DNA of 63,890 nucleotides, counting the filler, from Octopus bimaculoides (Eukaryota), in the NCBI RefSeq assembly GCF_001194135.2. It is 4 parts of 4 records of this genome, joined end to end, with 100 filler letters (N's around TTAATTAATTAA, not from the genome) between each part and the next. Parts side by side here need not be neighbours in the genome. Positions count along the whole stretch, not along the records: positions 19,536 to 50,366 come from NC_068994.1; positions 50,467 to 62,630 come from NC_068982.1; 2 more parts are not named here. One strand, 5' to 3'. Made by a program: the position numbers and the translations under genes. Positions 38,341 through 50,989 of this stretch are shown here, one piece after another; position 1 is the first letter of the stretch, and each line of letters opens with the position of its first letter. The notes under the pieces were generated by a model, which did no database searches, was not told the DNA's origin, and saw only the letters and a program-made list of their open reading frames with translations.

Positions 38341-39540
38341 CTTTCAGACAGAAATTCCACAGCGACATACCTCTCAACGGTATATATATACAATAAGTAA
38401 GAAACAAAGATGTTTATTTTAATTAAATGCAGTTTCAACTGCATACACCGAATCGATAAGAATCATTATCACAGTCAAACATTCCAAACTATTGGGCATT
38501 TGGAATCTCTGGTGCCGCATATCAAAGAATAACATCTATCCAGTTCCTATTAGAATCTTCAAAGTCGTAGGCTAAAATAGATTTCTTAATGCAGTAATAT
38601 GGAAAAAATAAATAAAGATCAGCATAATCTTTACAAGTACGAGGTGTCAGCCATTTCGACTAACTTATTTCTTAAATATAGATGAACAAACGTTATGATT
38701 CCAAAACTTCACCATTTTTATTTATTTATTCATTTGTTCTTCTGGCACTCTCTCATCGTTCTTCAACACTTACATCACTTCCATTAATACCTCACTTGCC
38801 TTTAATCTTTCTCTCACATCTTTACTTCTACTTTCATCTCCCTCATTCTTTTTTCTGCACTAAATTGCACCTTCTTATTTTTCTCTCTGATCTATATTTT
38901 CTTAATTTAATTTCACTTGATCTCTCTAGCTCTTTCACTTTCTCCCTCTTTCCTTATCTCCCTCTCCTCCCCCTCTCTCTTTCTCTAGCTCTCTAATTTT
39001 CACGCTTCTTCCATTCATTCCCCTTTTGTTCTTCTTATCTCTCATTTATCACACGCGCGCCTGATTTCCTTCTTTTCTATTATTTCTTCCTTCTCTAAAA
39101 TTCCATCGGTTCTTTTGCAGTTCAAGCCAGTTTACATGTTGCTGTCAGAAAGAATCTGTACAGATATTGATAATCTGCAAAATAACTGGAAAAAAATTTA
39201 CATTTCGTATAGAACTACTTCATCGAATCAAATCACCGTTCTCTTGTTAGTAAGTACAGCACCAAACTGGCAGAATCGCCTTGAATATTGGAAGAAATAT
39301 ATTTCGATATTTCTTTTGGGTCTTCATGTGGGGAATTAAAATAACGAGGAGGTAAACTTTGCTTTCAACTTTCCGAGCCGATAAAATATACTACCAACCA
39401 AGTACTGAGGTCGATGTATTTGACTAACTCCTTTCTTGGCCTTCTCCCTAAATTAGAAACTGTTATTAATTGCAGAGGCATAAGTTAGCTTTACTTCACT
39501 TTACTTATGGAACGGAAGTAGAGAATTTTAAGCTTAACCA

Positions 39541-39755
39541 AAGCGGCGAGCTGGCAGAAACGTTAGCACGCCGGGCCATGATGCTTAGGATTTCGCCCGT
39601 CTTTGCATTGTGAGTTCAAATGCTGTCGAGGTCGGCTTTGCCTATTATCCTTTCAGGGTCGATAAAACAAGTAACAGTTGAAGACTGATGTCAATGTGAT
39701 CGACTTATCATTCCCCCCTTAAACTGCAGGCGTTCTGCCAAATTTGAAATGAATA
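39541..39755 (+). mobile_element. SINE family A
   Basis: GCGGCGAGCTGGCAGAAACGTTAGCACGCCGGGC...GAGTTCAAAT...GAGGTCG. Confidence 0.9.
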
Positions 39756-40530
39756 TTAAGCTTAAACCACAACAATGTCGGGAGCATCTTAAAACAAATT
39801 TAATTCAAATACAAACCCCAATGTTTGCATAACCATTCCCACAGCAGTTTGTAAATATTTACCTACTCAAGGCAAAGTAAATGCAATTAGACAAATATAA
39901 CCGTCTTTTCTATGACACAGCCTTGCTTTCTCTTATGTTTCCATACAAATTCCCAAATTTTCCACGAAGACCTTAACGTCTTAGCTCTACAAATAGAGGA
40001 GATACAAAGATAAAAGCTTGTAAAATCATAATACCAAAGATAATGCTTTATGCAATCATAAGACTTCACTCCACGCTGCAGGATGCCATAAAAACTGCAA
40101 GTCCATTCTCAGCCTCTTTCTTTCTTTTTCTCTCCGGGGATCAAATGAGACTTAGTTACTCATGTTTTTCACCTTTTTGTCCTGATAATTGCATTTAATC
40201 TTCGTCATGTGGAGGTGAAGCCGAAAGGTAATATAAAATGATATTAGTAAACTTAATGATTTCATTGTTTAGTAGGACATAGTAAAGAATGGCACGACGG
40301 TTTGACCTCAAATAACATCCATATCTCACACACTATCACTGATGTATATGTGTGTGTATGTATGTATGTATGTATGTATGTATGTATGTACGTATGTATG
40401 TATGTATTTATGCGTGTGTGTGCGTGGTTATCTTTATGAAAACGTAGTTATATGTATCTACGTATATCTAATCTATGTATGCACATATATATATGTATAT
40501 TTATATATATATATACATATATATATCCAT

Positions 40531-40628
<98 letters not shown>

Positions 40629-41036
40629 ATATATGTACGTACGCATATATCTCTCTCTCTCTATATATACATATATATATATATATATACATGCACACAC
40701 ACATATATGTGCGTGTGTGTGTGTATTCATATATTTATATGTGTCAAGCCTAATTGTGTTTATTTGCATCGTTATATTCTTATGCATAAGCACAAACACG
40801 TATATATATGCATGTACGTGTGGAATTCTATTATTGTGCGTGTGTGTGTGTGTGCCTGTGTGGCTGCATATTTATGTAAAACGCAATTTTATAAAGCTTC
40901 CAATCAGAAAGAGCACAATTCAGGGAATTTGCGATGGAAACTGGAGGAAACATACCCACAATGCATAGCGCGAACGGCAGGGTGCCGAGTAAAATTCTAT
41001 TTTGCGTTCCCTCTTAAAAGCAAGTAATATTGTTGT

Positions 41037-41074
<38 letters not shown>

Positions 41075-41532
41075 GGTACTGCTGTTGCTGCTGCTGCCAC
41101 TTCTGTTGCTGCTATATCGAACATCAGCGTCGAAGATTCCTTACTATAATGGCTACGACCTTGTGGTATGAGAGACGGGCGTAGGGGTTGGTCAAATCAG
41201 TCGTTAGTACACAAGCCTACAATGTAGAAGGTCGGTAGTTCGTATCTTGTCTGCACGCACTGTCGTCCCCACATATACAGCATCGTGCTTATAGAAAATG
41301 AACTCTTATTCTTAAATTTTCGGTAACGAATACCAGTAGGTATGACTGCATACAAGTTCAAATGCTACTGAGCAATAATTTGGATAATTTCCTTCAGCAT
41401 AGCACCCGGTTCACATCTATCCGTTCAGTGGTAATTGGTAGATAGAAACTGCGCAGAAACCCCTCGCTGATGTATGAGTCTGTTAATGTATGCATGTATT
41501 TTGAGGGATTCAATCAAAAATTTGTAATTAGG

Positions 41533-41690
41533 GACACGTGTGAATGTGTGGTAAGAAGTTTACTTTCAAACCACATGGTTCCGGGTTCAGCCCCATTTTG
41601 TGGCACCTTCGACAAAATGTCTTCTACTCGTCGACCAAAGATTTGCGAGTGGATTTGGTAGACAGAAACTGAATGAAATCCCTCGTGTGT
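41533..41690 (+). mobile_element. SINE family B, 5' half
   Basis: GTGGTAAGAAGTTTACTTTCAAACCACATGGTTCCGGGTTCAG followed by microsatellite. Confidence 0.85.
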
Positions 41691-41726
41691 ATGTGTGTGT
41701 GTATACATACATACACACACATATAT

Positions 41727-41781
<55 letters not shown>

Positions 41782-41885
41782 AAATCCAGTTGAAAGGCCA
41801 GGGTCCGTGTGAGCGTGCGTCATATAAGTTAAAAAAAACACAAAAAACAATAACAAAAAAACTACAAAGTGAGGACGTGATACGG

Positions 41886-41962
<77 letters not shown>

Positions 41963-42196
41963 CACTAGACTACCCGTGACCCGTTGTGTCACCTGGAAAG
42001 TTTGAGTTTCCCTGCAGCGGAGCTTTGTTTCACGGGTTGTTTTTCTTTTCCAGGATATTACGCATGCTTTCATGGAATGTGACATCTATATCACGCGTAA
42101 ATGGCTCCTTTACCCAGAAAAGGAAAGATGTGGCTGCTACGCTTTAATAGTATTTCGTCCGTCTTTACGTTCCCAGACTGTGCCTTTTATCTTTTA

Positions 42197-42390
42197 AGGC
42201 AGCGAGCGGACAGAATCGTTAGCACGCAAGGCTTATTGGAATTCCGCCTGACTCCACGCTCTGAGTTCGGCTTTCCTTTTCATCATTTTGGAGTCTAAAG
42301 AATAAGTGCCACATGAGCACTGAGGTCTATGTAATCGACTTATCCATTCGTCCGAGATTGCTGGCCTTGTGCCTAAAATCAAAACCAATG
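42197..42390 (+). mobile_element. SINE family A (decayed)
   Basis: GGCAGCGAGCGGACAGAATCGTTAGCACG head; ATTGCTGGCCTTGTGCC tail. Confidence 0.75.
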
Positions 42391-42394
42391 CGAA

Positions 42395-42710
42395 AATAAT
42401 ACGCAGCATAAAAAATATCTACAGAAAATGCCAGACCCGGGAATTCATAGTGCACATCAAGGCGACACAGTGGAACAGGGGCAACCTTAGAATCTTTGAG
42501 ACCATCCTCATACACAAAAGAAACCTAAGCTCAACAACAGAGGAGAGTTACAGGAAGCTAGCTTGTTGATATAGGAACATCTTTCCGCGCATGCCCACTC
42601 CACGCACGCTCACACACTCATGCACTTCGACAACATTCGTTTATTTTCTTGAAAACGGAGTCATAACCCCGAAATATTGAATACAAAGTAAGTCTACATA
42701 TATTCATATA
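42395..42710 (+). mobile_element. Possible Penelope-like 3' end (GIY-YIG C-terminus plus pLTR)
   Basis: NLRIFETILIHKRNLSSTTEES resembles the GIY-YIG C-terminal R..xExxxI...P.LN motif; a hammerhead-like TTGAAAA-C-GGAGT-CATA-ACCCC-GAAA follows. Confidence 0.35.
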
Positions 42711-43351
42711 TTTGTTTTCTTGTGATTTACCTTGCATTTACTTGGCGTTGTTTTTGGCCTTACCCATGATCCTTTATACATCACACTTAATACTGTGGCG
42801 GAGTAGGATACTGAAATATCATAAATCATAACCAAGATTATCCGGTCAATGTATCACATATCATTGACCTATCGGTGAGAACATGATTTTCCCCCCTTAA
42901 TCATCCCAAAGAATTACTACAAAACCTTAATTATTAATATAACATTTAGATGGCTGCAAAGACCGTTTCAAAACACACTTCTGGACCGGGAAATATGATA
43001 GACATGAGGATTTTAGTACTTGAATGGGAAAGCAGCTCTCGATACAATCACGTCTCGTCTCTCCTAACGATTATAGTATTCTGTTTATAAATGTGCGCGC
43101 GCGTGTGTGTGTGCGTTTGTGTGTACATCGAGTCATACACATATAGCTATATGTATACTTATAAATATTGTTAAATGTATGTGTATTTATATATTATATA
43201 TAAACATACACACGCTCTTGTGTTTACGTGTGTGTGTACTTGTGAATATATATATNNNNNNNNNNNNNNNNNNNNNNNNNNNNNNNNNNNNNNNNNNNNN
43301 NNNNNNNNNNNNNNNNNNNNNNNNNNNNNNNNNNNNNNNNNNNNNNNNNNN

Positions 43352-43399
<48 letters not shown>

Positions 43400-43400
43400 C

Positions 43401-43446
<46 letters not shown>

Positions 43447-44799
43447 ATATATGTATTTATATATGCATGTGTGTATATGCATGCATGTATGTTTGTATGT
43501 TTGTATATATTTGTATGTATATGTGTGCGACCTTCTTGTGAATATTCATATACATCTAATCTACGTAAATGCGTGCTGTTTTTACGCATATACACGTTAT
43601 ACATACACTCATACACACACACACTCACACTTATATATTATATATAAACATACACACGCTCTTGTGTTTACGTGTGTGTGTACTTGTGAATATATATATG
43701 CATGCGTAACGGTTCAACGTGGATACAACTTACACATACATACAAGGTTATAGACACACATGCACACACACACATATGTATGTATATATGAATGTGCACA
43801 TATACAGTTCCCAAGCAATTATTATGGTAGTAAATATAAAGGTCACGTGCTCTGTCTGTTTGCACTTTACAAAAACCAACGCTATTTGTTGGCATTTCTA
43901 AAGATCAGATTTTGTATTATAAACGAAACTTTTAACATTAAGACAGAGATGTTTAGTTGTCGCTGCTGTCAAATGAATAAAAGTCATCGGAAAATATAGA
44001 GAAGGACCTCTAGATGAGGACCCAAACTCTCTCCATGGCAAAGGAACAGAAAGAAGTGAAACGAAGAAAAAAAAGAAAAAAGAAATAAAAGAAAATTACA
44101 AATACAAAGAAGGAAAATAGAACACGGCCAAACAAAGAAACGAAAGAATTGCTTTTGGAAACGTGCACAACGTTGGTATTAGTACGCATGCGCAAAATGC
44201 CAAAGATAATGGAGAAGAAACACACACGCAAACACAGAAGTACACGCATACACACACACACAGACACATACACACATATGCAGATACACACAAACACGCA
44301 TACACACGCACGCACACACACGCACGCACACACACACACACATACAATATTCCCATACATGTCTATGTGTGCAATAGTGTGTGTACATACATATTTATGC
44401 GTGTATGTGCGTGAGTGTATACGTACATATATATATATATATAAATACATATGGACATATATATAGTTATAAGTAATAGCATGTAAATATTAGGCTGAAA
44501 ACCCCTTTCGAAGGGTAAAAAGTCAAAGGCTGTTCATGGGACACGAGCCCACATATGCTGTGGGCATGCGTCCTATAGATATATATGGGTTTGCATGTGT
44601 TTGCGAGTGTGCGCGGACGTATACATACGTGCATACATGGCTATTTTGAGCAGGTTGTGTAGTTAATTTGAGGCTCGCTTATGACATCATGCAACTTCCG
44701 TACACAACAATGAAAAGCATTTCTCGGACGAACAGAAATGTTATTGACGTTTCAATAAAAATTAACTAAAGATAACGAACAGCAGCTTCCTTCCAATAT

Positions 44800-45095
44800 G
44801 ACCAAGCAGTCAAAGACATGACTCTGTCGGTATAAGAGTCAACTGGAACATTAGCCGACTTTATGGATTCGAAACGACGGAAATGGGGCTATGAACACGA
44901 GCCAGGGTCTGTGATGGCGAATAATAATTACAGTAATTTATGGGATTTCTCCATAATAACTGACCGTACCATTGCAACGAGGAGACCAGATATGATTCTA
45001 GAGGACAAAATAAAAACAGTGTAAGATCATAAACTCAGAGATACCCAGTGATATCTAAGAAATGGAAAAATTTGTGAAATACCAGGACCAAGGCA
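44800..45095 (+). mobile_element. Decayed R4/Dong-type RLE-domain fragment
   Basis: KWGYEHEPGSVMANNNYSNLWDFSIITDRTIATRRPDMILEDK matches the WYEHxP...ILWDFxIxTDRxIxxRRPD consensus. Confidence 0.85.
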
Positions 45096-45924
45096 GATTG
45101 TCTTATAAAACGTAAAAGACTTTCCTTCATGAGCATCAAACTAAAACACTTGCTTGCTGTTCATACACCTGTCTTCGTCTTTTGATTTTCTATAAATTTT
45201 AATATATATATCTCATATATTATAAATCGTATATTGTACCAAATCTATGCGTTTATATATCATAAATATATTTAAAGTAAGTTATACATCTCGTTCGACC
45301 ATTTACATATCATCAGAACTAATGAATGAGAATCATCTCCACGTGATTATATCGTTTGAAATCTCTTCGCAGAGACGTAATACACTTTATGCAATATTTT
45401 CAATAATGTAATTGCAACGAAAGACTTCTCTTTATTTAATAGTTACATAAATATTCTCTATTTTTTCCTGAACTATTCAGACAAAATGTCGTTCAAATAG
45501 TTTTCGTAACGTAATTTTTTGTCGTGGCACCATTTTTTCCCCAAAAATGTTTTTCCCAACGTTTCTGCAGCAATTTTTTTTTTTTATCAAACTTTTCTGA
45601 AGAAATTCATTTTCAAAAATAATTTTTCAAGGAATATATTTTTTCAATACACAAATTTTCTGGTTATTTTTACATTTCATTTTTTTTTTTCATGAGACAC
45701 ACATCGACCTTTCTGATCGTCTGTTAAACTTCGTATATTTTAGTTTTAGTAAATATGGATTTAAAGCGAAGAGAAATTTAAACTAATCCACCCCTGTAAC
45801 CTTAATTATCGTCAGCCGTTAAGCTTGGGGTCAGTTAGATAATTTCTTCTCCTTAGATTCATTGCTTTCACCACAGTTAAGGAGCTCAATCCATCCTTAA
45901 AGGGTATCAATCTATCTTGAAATG

Positions 45925-46232
45925 ACCATGAGATTGCACCTAGAAAGTTTCCCTTCTAGGTACAAGTCCGGGCAAGGCTGTTTATGGAAGACTAGCAGTC
46001 GCCCATACATACCAGTCTCCCTTCTCCACGCCATCGATGTTATCCAAGGGGAAGGCAAAGGGGTCGATACAGCTTGGCACCAGTGATGCCGCAGCTCATT
46101 TCTGCAGCTGAGTAAACTGGAACAACGTGAAATAAAGCTCAAGAATACAACACGCAGCCTGATCCGGGAATCGAACTCACTACCTCATTATTGTGAGCGC
46201 GACGCTCTAACTACTGAAGCATGTTCCTTCAC
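45925..46232 (-). mobile_element. tRNA-derived SINE family D, near full length
   Basis: Reverse complement GTGAAGG..ATGCTTCAGTAGTTAGAGCG...GAGTTCGATTCCCGG shows A and B boxes, then CTTGAGC..TTTATTTCACGTTG.TCCAGT. Confidence 0.9.
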
Positions 46233-46952
46233 CCTTACAAAAATTCATTCAAACCCACAGATGGGACTCTGTCAGGTACTGCAGAATGTACGTGGGCGTA
46301 ATTGTGGGTAAAAGGTGACTTCACGCTTCTCAAAAACGCCAAAACTCGCGAAATGAAGTCTCACCATCGTATACAGTTTAATGCCATACACAGCTTCCAT
46401 GAATCTTCCGTATATTTGGAAGATCCATGAAGGGGTAGCATCTAACTTTAATAGTGAAAAATATACCAACTTCTTAACTAGACGCTTCTGTATAGTATCA
46501 TAGCCATCCCTCATTCTTTATGTGTGTGTGTATATATGTATATATAAATGTGACAATTAGTCACATATTATTATTATTAATATATATATAGATAGTTAAA
46601 TTGATAAACAGCCTGATATACAGACCGACAGAGGAATAGACAGAGATAGACTGATAGATAGACAAGCAGGGAGACAGTCACCTATGCGTGGGTGAGTTTA
46701 TATACACATTGGTAAGAGTGTGTATTTCCATGTCTGCACAGAGAAAGACATACATACATACATACATACATACATACATACACACAAACATACATACCAC
46801 AAACACAGACTGGTCTCTGTGAACAAGCACACCAAAATACTAATATACAATAGAGACACATTGGTTGCGAAAATTTCCGCATCTTTGAACTAACGGTAGT
46901 AATGTAACAATTACACAGTGAAATCTTATGTTAAGACATGTGAAGTGATAGC

Positions 46953-47036
46953 GAAGAAGAAGAAGAAGAAGAAGAAGAAGAAGAAGAAGAAGAAGAAGAA
47001 GAAGAAGAAGAAGAAGAAGAAGAAGAAGAAGAAGAA
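46953..47036 (+). repeat. Pure (GAA)n microsatellite
   Basis: Directly visible. Confidence 0.98.
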
Positions 47037-47595
47037 ACAACAACACTGAATTTCTATACACCAATCGATTTTCCATGTATGATCGACCTCTGTCTCTAAC
47101 TCAAATCACAATATATATGTAACAACACACAGACACAAACTGTACTTTGGTCAACAAACACTCATTTTACATGTACTTATAGATAGGTCTCTATTAACAT
47201 ATGGCTGTTTAGGAATCGTTATTTTTCTGAATGTGAAAAGAAAAACCAATATTATTTTCCCTTTTCTTCTCTTCATTCCCTTCTTTCACACAAAACTTCT
47301 ACCAAACGCTTTCTCTCTCCCTCTACCTCTCTTCTTCCCTTTCTCTTCTCCTCTCTATCTCTGCATATACGTCTTGTCTTCCTCCTTGTCAACCGCCCTC
47401 TTTCATTTCTGTGTCTTTCTAAGTCACACATTATCTCCCTCTCTACTATTAGTTTATTTCGTCGTCGTTCTCTCTTTCCTCTCTCATTATCTCTACCTCT
47501 CTCTCTTTCTCTCAGTCTCTTTCAGTTCCATCACCGTATCGTTATGTTCTTTTACAATCACTTTTCCTCTCCTAACAATTTGTGCAGTTATCTTC

Positions 47596-47596
47596 G

Positions 47597-47634
<38 letters not shown>

Positions 47635-47707
47635 CTTGTTCTTCTTCTTCTTCTTCTTCTTCTTCTTCTTCTTTTTCTTCTTCTTCTTCTTCTTCTTCTT
47701 CTTCTTC
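47596..47707 (+). repeat. (GTT)n-(CTT)n compound microsatellite
   Basis: Directly visible. Confidence 0.98.
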
Positions 47708-47766
47708 TCACTTCCCACAAACACATTTCGATATAAGTTTATATAAATACGTGTATTTGTGAGTGA

Positions 47767-47813
<47 letters not shown>

Positions 47814-48034
47814 NNNNNNNNNNNNNNNNNNNNNNNNNNNNNNNNNNNNNNNNNNNNNNNNNNNNNNNNNNNNNNNNNNNNNNNNNNNNNNNNNNNNNNN
47901 NNNNNNNNNNNNNNNNNNNNNNNNNNNNNNNNNNNNNNNNNNNNNNNNNNNNNNNNNNNNNNNNNNNNNNNNNNNNNNNNNNNNNNNNNNNNNNNNNNNN
48001 NNNNNNNNNNNNNNNNNNNNNNNNNNNNNNNNNN

Positions 48035-48071
<37 letters not shown>

Positions 48072-48199
48072 GTATACATTCATACATACATACATGCACA
48101 GATACATACATGTATATATGAATGTGCGTGCATATGTATGTATGTCACACAATCGCATACACGCACACACGTATGCACATATATATCTATGCACATGGA

Positions 48200-48405
48200 C
48201 AGTCCTCAAATATTGCGCTGATAGGGTCAGCCAGGATTTTGAGATTGGTACTTGGATGTTGAATGTATCCCACGGTAATTAACAACCGAGTATTAAAGCT
48301 TATAATGTGCAGGAAGAGGCCCTGTGAGAGCTCTGACAGCAGGCTGTTGTCCGTTCTCACAGGATCTACCAGAACAAACAAGACCGAGCGCTCTGAGAAA
48401 TAAAA
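48200..48405 (+). mobile_element. R4/Dong-type LINE extreme 3' end (family D) ending in (TAA)n
   Basis: QSSNIALIGSARILRLVLGC* resembles the LQKxALLGTARILRxVL terminus; the 3'UTR is followed by (TAA)n. Confidence 0.7.
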
Positions 48406-48436
48406 CATTAATAACAATAATAATAATAATAATAAT

Positions 48437-48850
48437 ATTTAGAAATTGATTAACCATTTTGGGAAGAAGCAAAAGTCAGGACATGGAAGGGAGACAAGTA
48501 CATGTGACATATAAATCATATTCAATGCCAACAGATGAAAATTACTAAAAGAGACAGACAATCTCTCAAAATACAAAGATCTGGAAATAGAGGTAACCCG
48601 AATTGGGAGCCTATAAGCAGAAACAATCCCTATAATAATAATAGGTGCATTAAGCATGATTAAAACATATTCAGACAAATACATAACCAAAACACGAGGA
48701 CTTACAAATGTATAAATCACCGCGCACATCCTACGTAAAGCTCTTTCAATACCGGGGAAATAAGAGCACCACAACAAACCACAACACATAACCAAGCCAC
48801 ACAGAGCTGCGCTCGGTAGTGCAATGAAAGCACGTGAATAATACTAAATA
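48437..48850 (+). mobile_element. R4/Dong-type LINE 3' fragment (family A) embedded in (TAA)n
   Basis: KYKDLEIEVTRIGSL*AETIPIIIIGALSMIK; (TAA)n on both sides; 3'UTR matches 50468-50838. Confidence 0.9.
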
Positions 48851-48880
48851 ATAATAATAACAACAACAACAACCACTACT

Positions 48881-48942
<62 letters not shown>

Positions 48943-49090
48943 GGAAATGTAACGGAAACAGGGCGTATGCTTATTGCTGAAATAACGACCCTCTCAACAA
49001 ACAAGGTCTGTTTCAATACACAATTTCACATCAAGAATCTTGTAAATACAAAAACAAAAAAAAAAGAAACATAAATGTGATAGAATTCTA

Positions 49091-49236
49091 AACAATATTC
49101 GTTTCAAATTTTGGCACAAGACCAGCAATTTAGCGGAAGTGGAAAGTCCATTACATCGACTCATGGATATAAAGACGGATAAAATGCAGTTACACATTTT
49201 GTCCGTTGTAATAACGATTCTGCCAGCTCCCCGCCC
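49091..49236 (-). mobile_element. SINE family A (internally deleted)
   Basis: Reverse complement GGCGGGGAGCTGGCAGAATCGTT head; AAATTGCTGGTCTTGTGCCAAAATTTGAAAC tail. Confidence 0.8.
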
Positions 49237-50366
49237 TACAATTTTAAAGAATGTTAGAAATTGATTACCAATTTTGGGAAGAAGCAAATCTTCGACAACT
49301 GGACAAGACATGGAATGGTAACGAGTACATCTGACATCCAATCTTATTGAATACGATGCGGCATATATAAAAATGAAAATGTTTATATATTTTACAGGTG
49401 GCGTTTGACAAATCGCATTGTTCTATCAGTTTGACGTGTTGTTTACAGGAAATTCTACAAAATCGGGTTGGTAAAAGGGGGTGGGGAGAGTGGAATGGAA
49501 ATGCTAGAAACTACTTAGGGTTGGAATTCTCGCATCATTGCAGTTTCTTTTATGTAGAATGAAGCGGAAGTGTATAAAATTCTTGGGTTCGATTCTCTTT
49601 GTTCTTTGTGTCTTTTTTTTTTTTTTGAAATAATCGGGATTAGTTTTACTTGATTGAAATTTTGTCTTGTCTACAAGAAATGGAAGAAAGAAACGTTGAT
49701 CCCGACGATGTGTGTGAGTGGGTGTGTCAATGTCTGTGAGTCTAAGTATAACTGCATGCATGTGTGTATGTATGTGTGCATGTATGCGTATATACATATA
49801 TATGTATGTATGTATATGTGTGTGTACGTATATATATATATGAAAATATATACAAATATATATATATGTACATATATACATATGTATGTATATACAAAGG
49901 AGTCGGCATGCAAAGGGAGACTGATAGAAGAGCCTAATATCTCATATTGTGATGCATAATAAATACATACATATATACATACATACACACACACACACGC
50001 ACACACACACACATATATATATATATAATCATATATACATTTATTTATACACCTTATATACACACGTATATTTCCATACTAAGTCATATTTATAAGCATT
50101 AATATTTACACACGCGAACACACACAGACACGCACTCATACACACGGACGTAGACATATAGACACATGGAGATATATAATGCAGGTATATGCGTGCGTAT
50201 ATATATATATATATACAAAATGTTTTTAAAAATATATATAGAACTATGTATACATATATATAATACTATATATATATGTAATTATATATAATTGCCTATA
50301 TATATGTATATATATATATATATCTTTATATATATATATGTATATCTTTATATATATATATGTATA

Positions 50367-50466
50367 NNNNNNNNNNNNNNNNNNNNNNNNNNNNNNNNNN
50401 NNNNNNNNNNTTAATTAATTAANNNNNNNNNNNNNNNNNNNNNNNNNNNNNNNNNNNNNNNNNNNN
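50367..50466. other. Artificial scaffold spacer 44N-TTAATTAATTAA-44N
   Basis: Same 100-bp construct as at 19436. Confidence 0.9.
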
Positions 50467-50467
50467 A

Positions 50468-50838
50468 ACGTTTCCCTAAAAGAAATGGAGAAACTTTCAA
50501 AATACAAAGACCTGGAAATAGAGGTAACTCGAATGTGGAATCTAAAAACAGAAACAATTCCTATCATAGTAGGTGCCTTAGGTATAATAAAAAAAATATT
50601 CAGACAAATACATAACAAAAACACCAGGACTTACAAATATATATAACATACAGAAAATTGCACTACTGTGCACTGCACACATTCTACGCAAAACACTTTC
50701 AATACAGTAACCATAAGAGCATCACAGCAAACCACAGCACATACCCAAGGCACACAGAGCTGCACTTGGTAGTGAAGTGAAAGCACATTATAAAAATAAA
50801 ACAACTGAACAATAATAACAAGAACAATAATAATAATA
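50468..50838 (+). mobile_element. R4/Dong-type LINE 3' fragment (family A) with (TAA)n-rich tail
   Basis: NVSLKEMEKLSKYKDLEIEVTRMWNLKTETIPIIVGALGIIK...NIQKIALLCTAHILRKTLSIQ*. Confidence 0.95.
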
Positions 50839-50989
50839 CCCAACAAAACGAACGAAGCCCACAACATGTGCCAGAAGAACACAAACTGTGCTGCACAAAC
50901 AACACGTAATACAAAAACTATACAACACAAGACTCAAACCAAACTCCATGATACAATACAATATCTCCCCACAAAGGTACAATAAATGG

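Noticed and set aside
38090-38407. 105-aa minus-strand ORF, or a + strand TM-like exon
   Set aside because: An adjacent frame gives a PLE-RT-like TPVYRK motif; no convincing splice pair or protein family.
41950-42120. Strong + strand acceptor (TTTTTCTTTTCCAG) with a short ORF
   Set aside because: No donor before the frame runs into SINE sequence; no recognisable product.
43186-43698. About 70-bp exact direct repeat flanking an N gap
   Set aside because: Gap-adjacent and microsatellite-rich; cannot be distinguished from mis-assembly.
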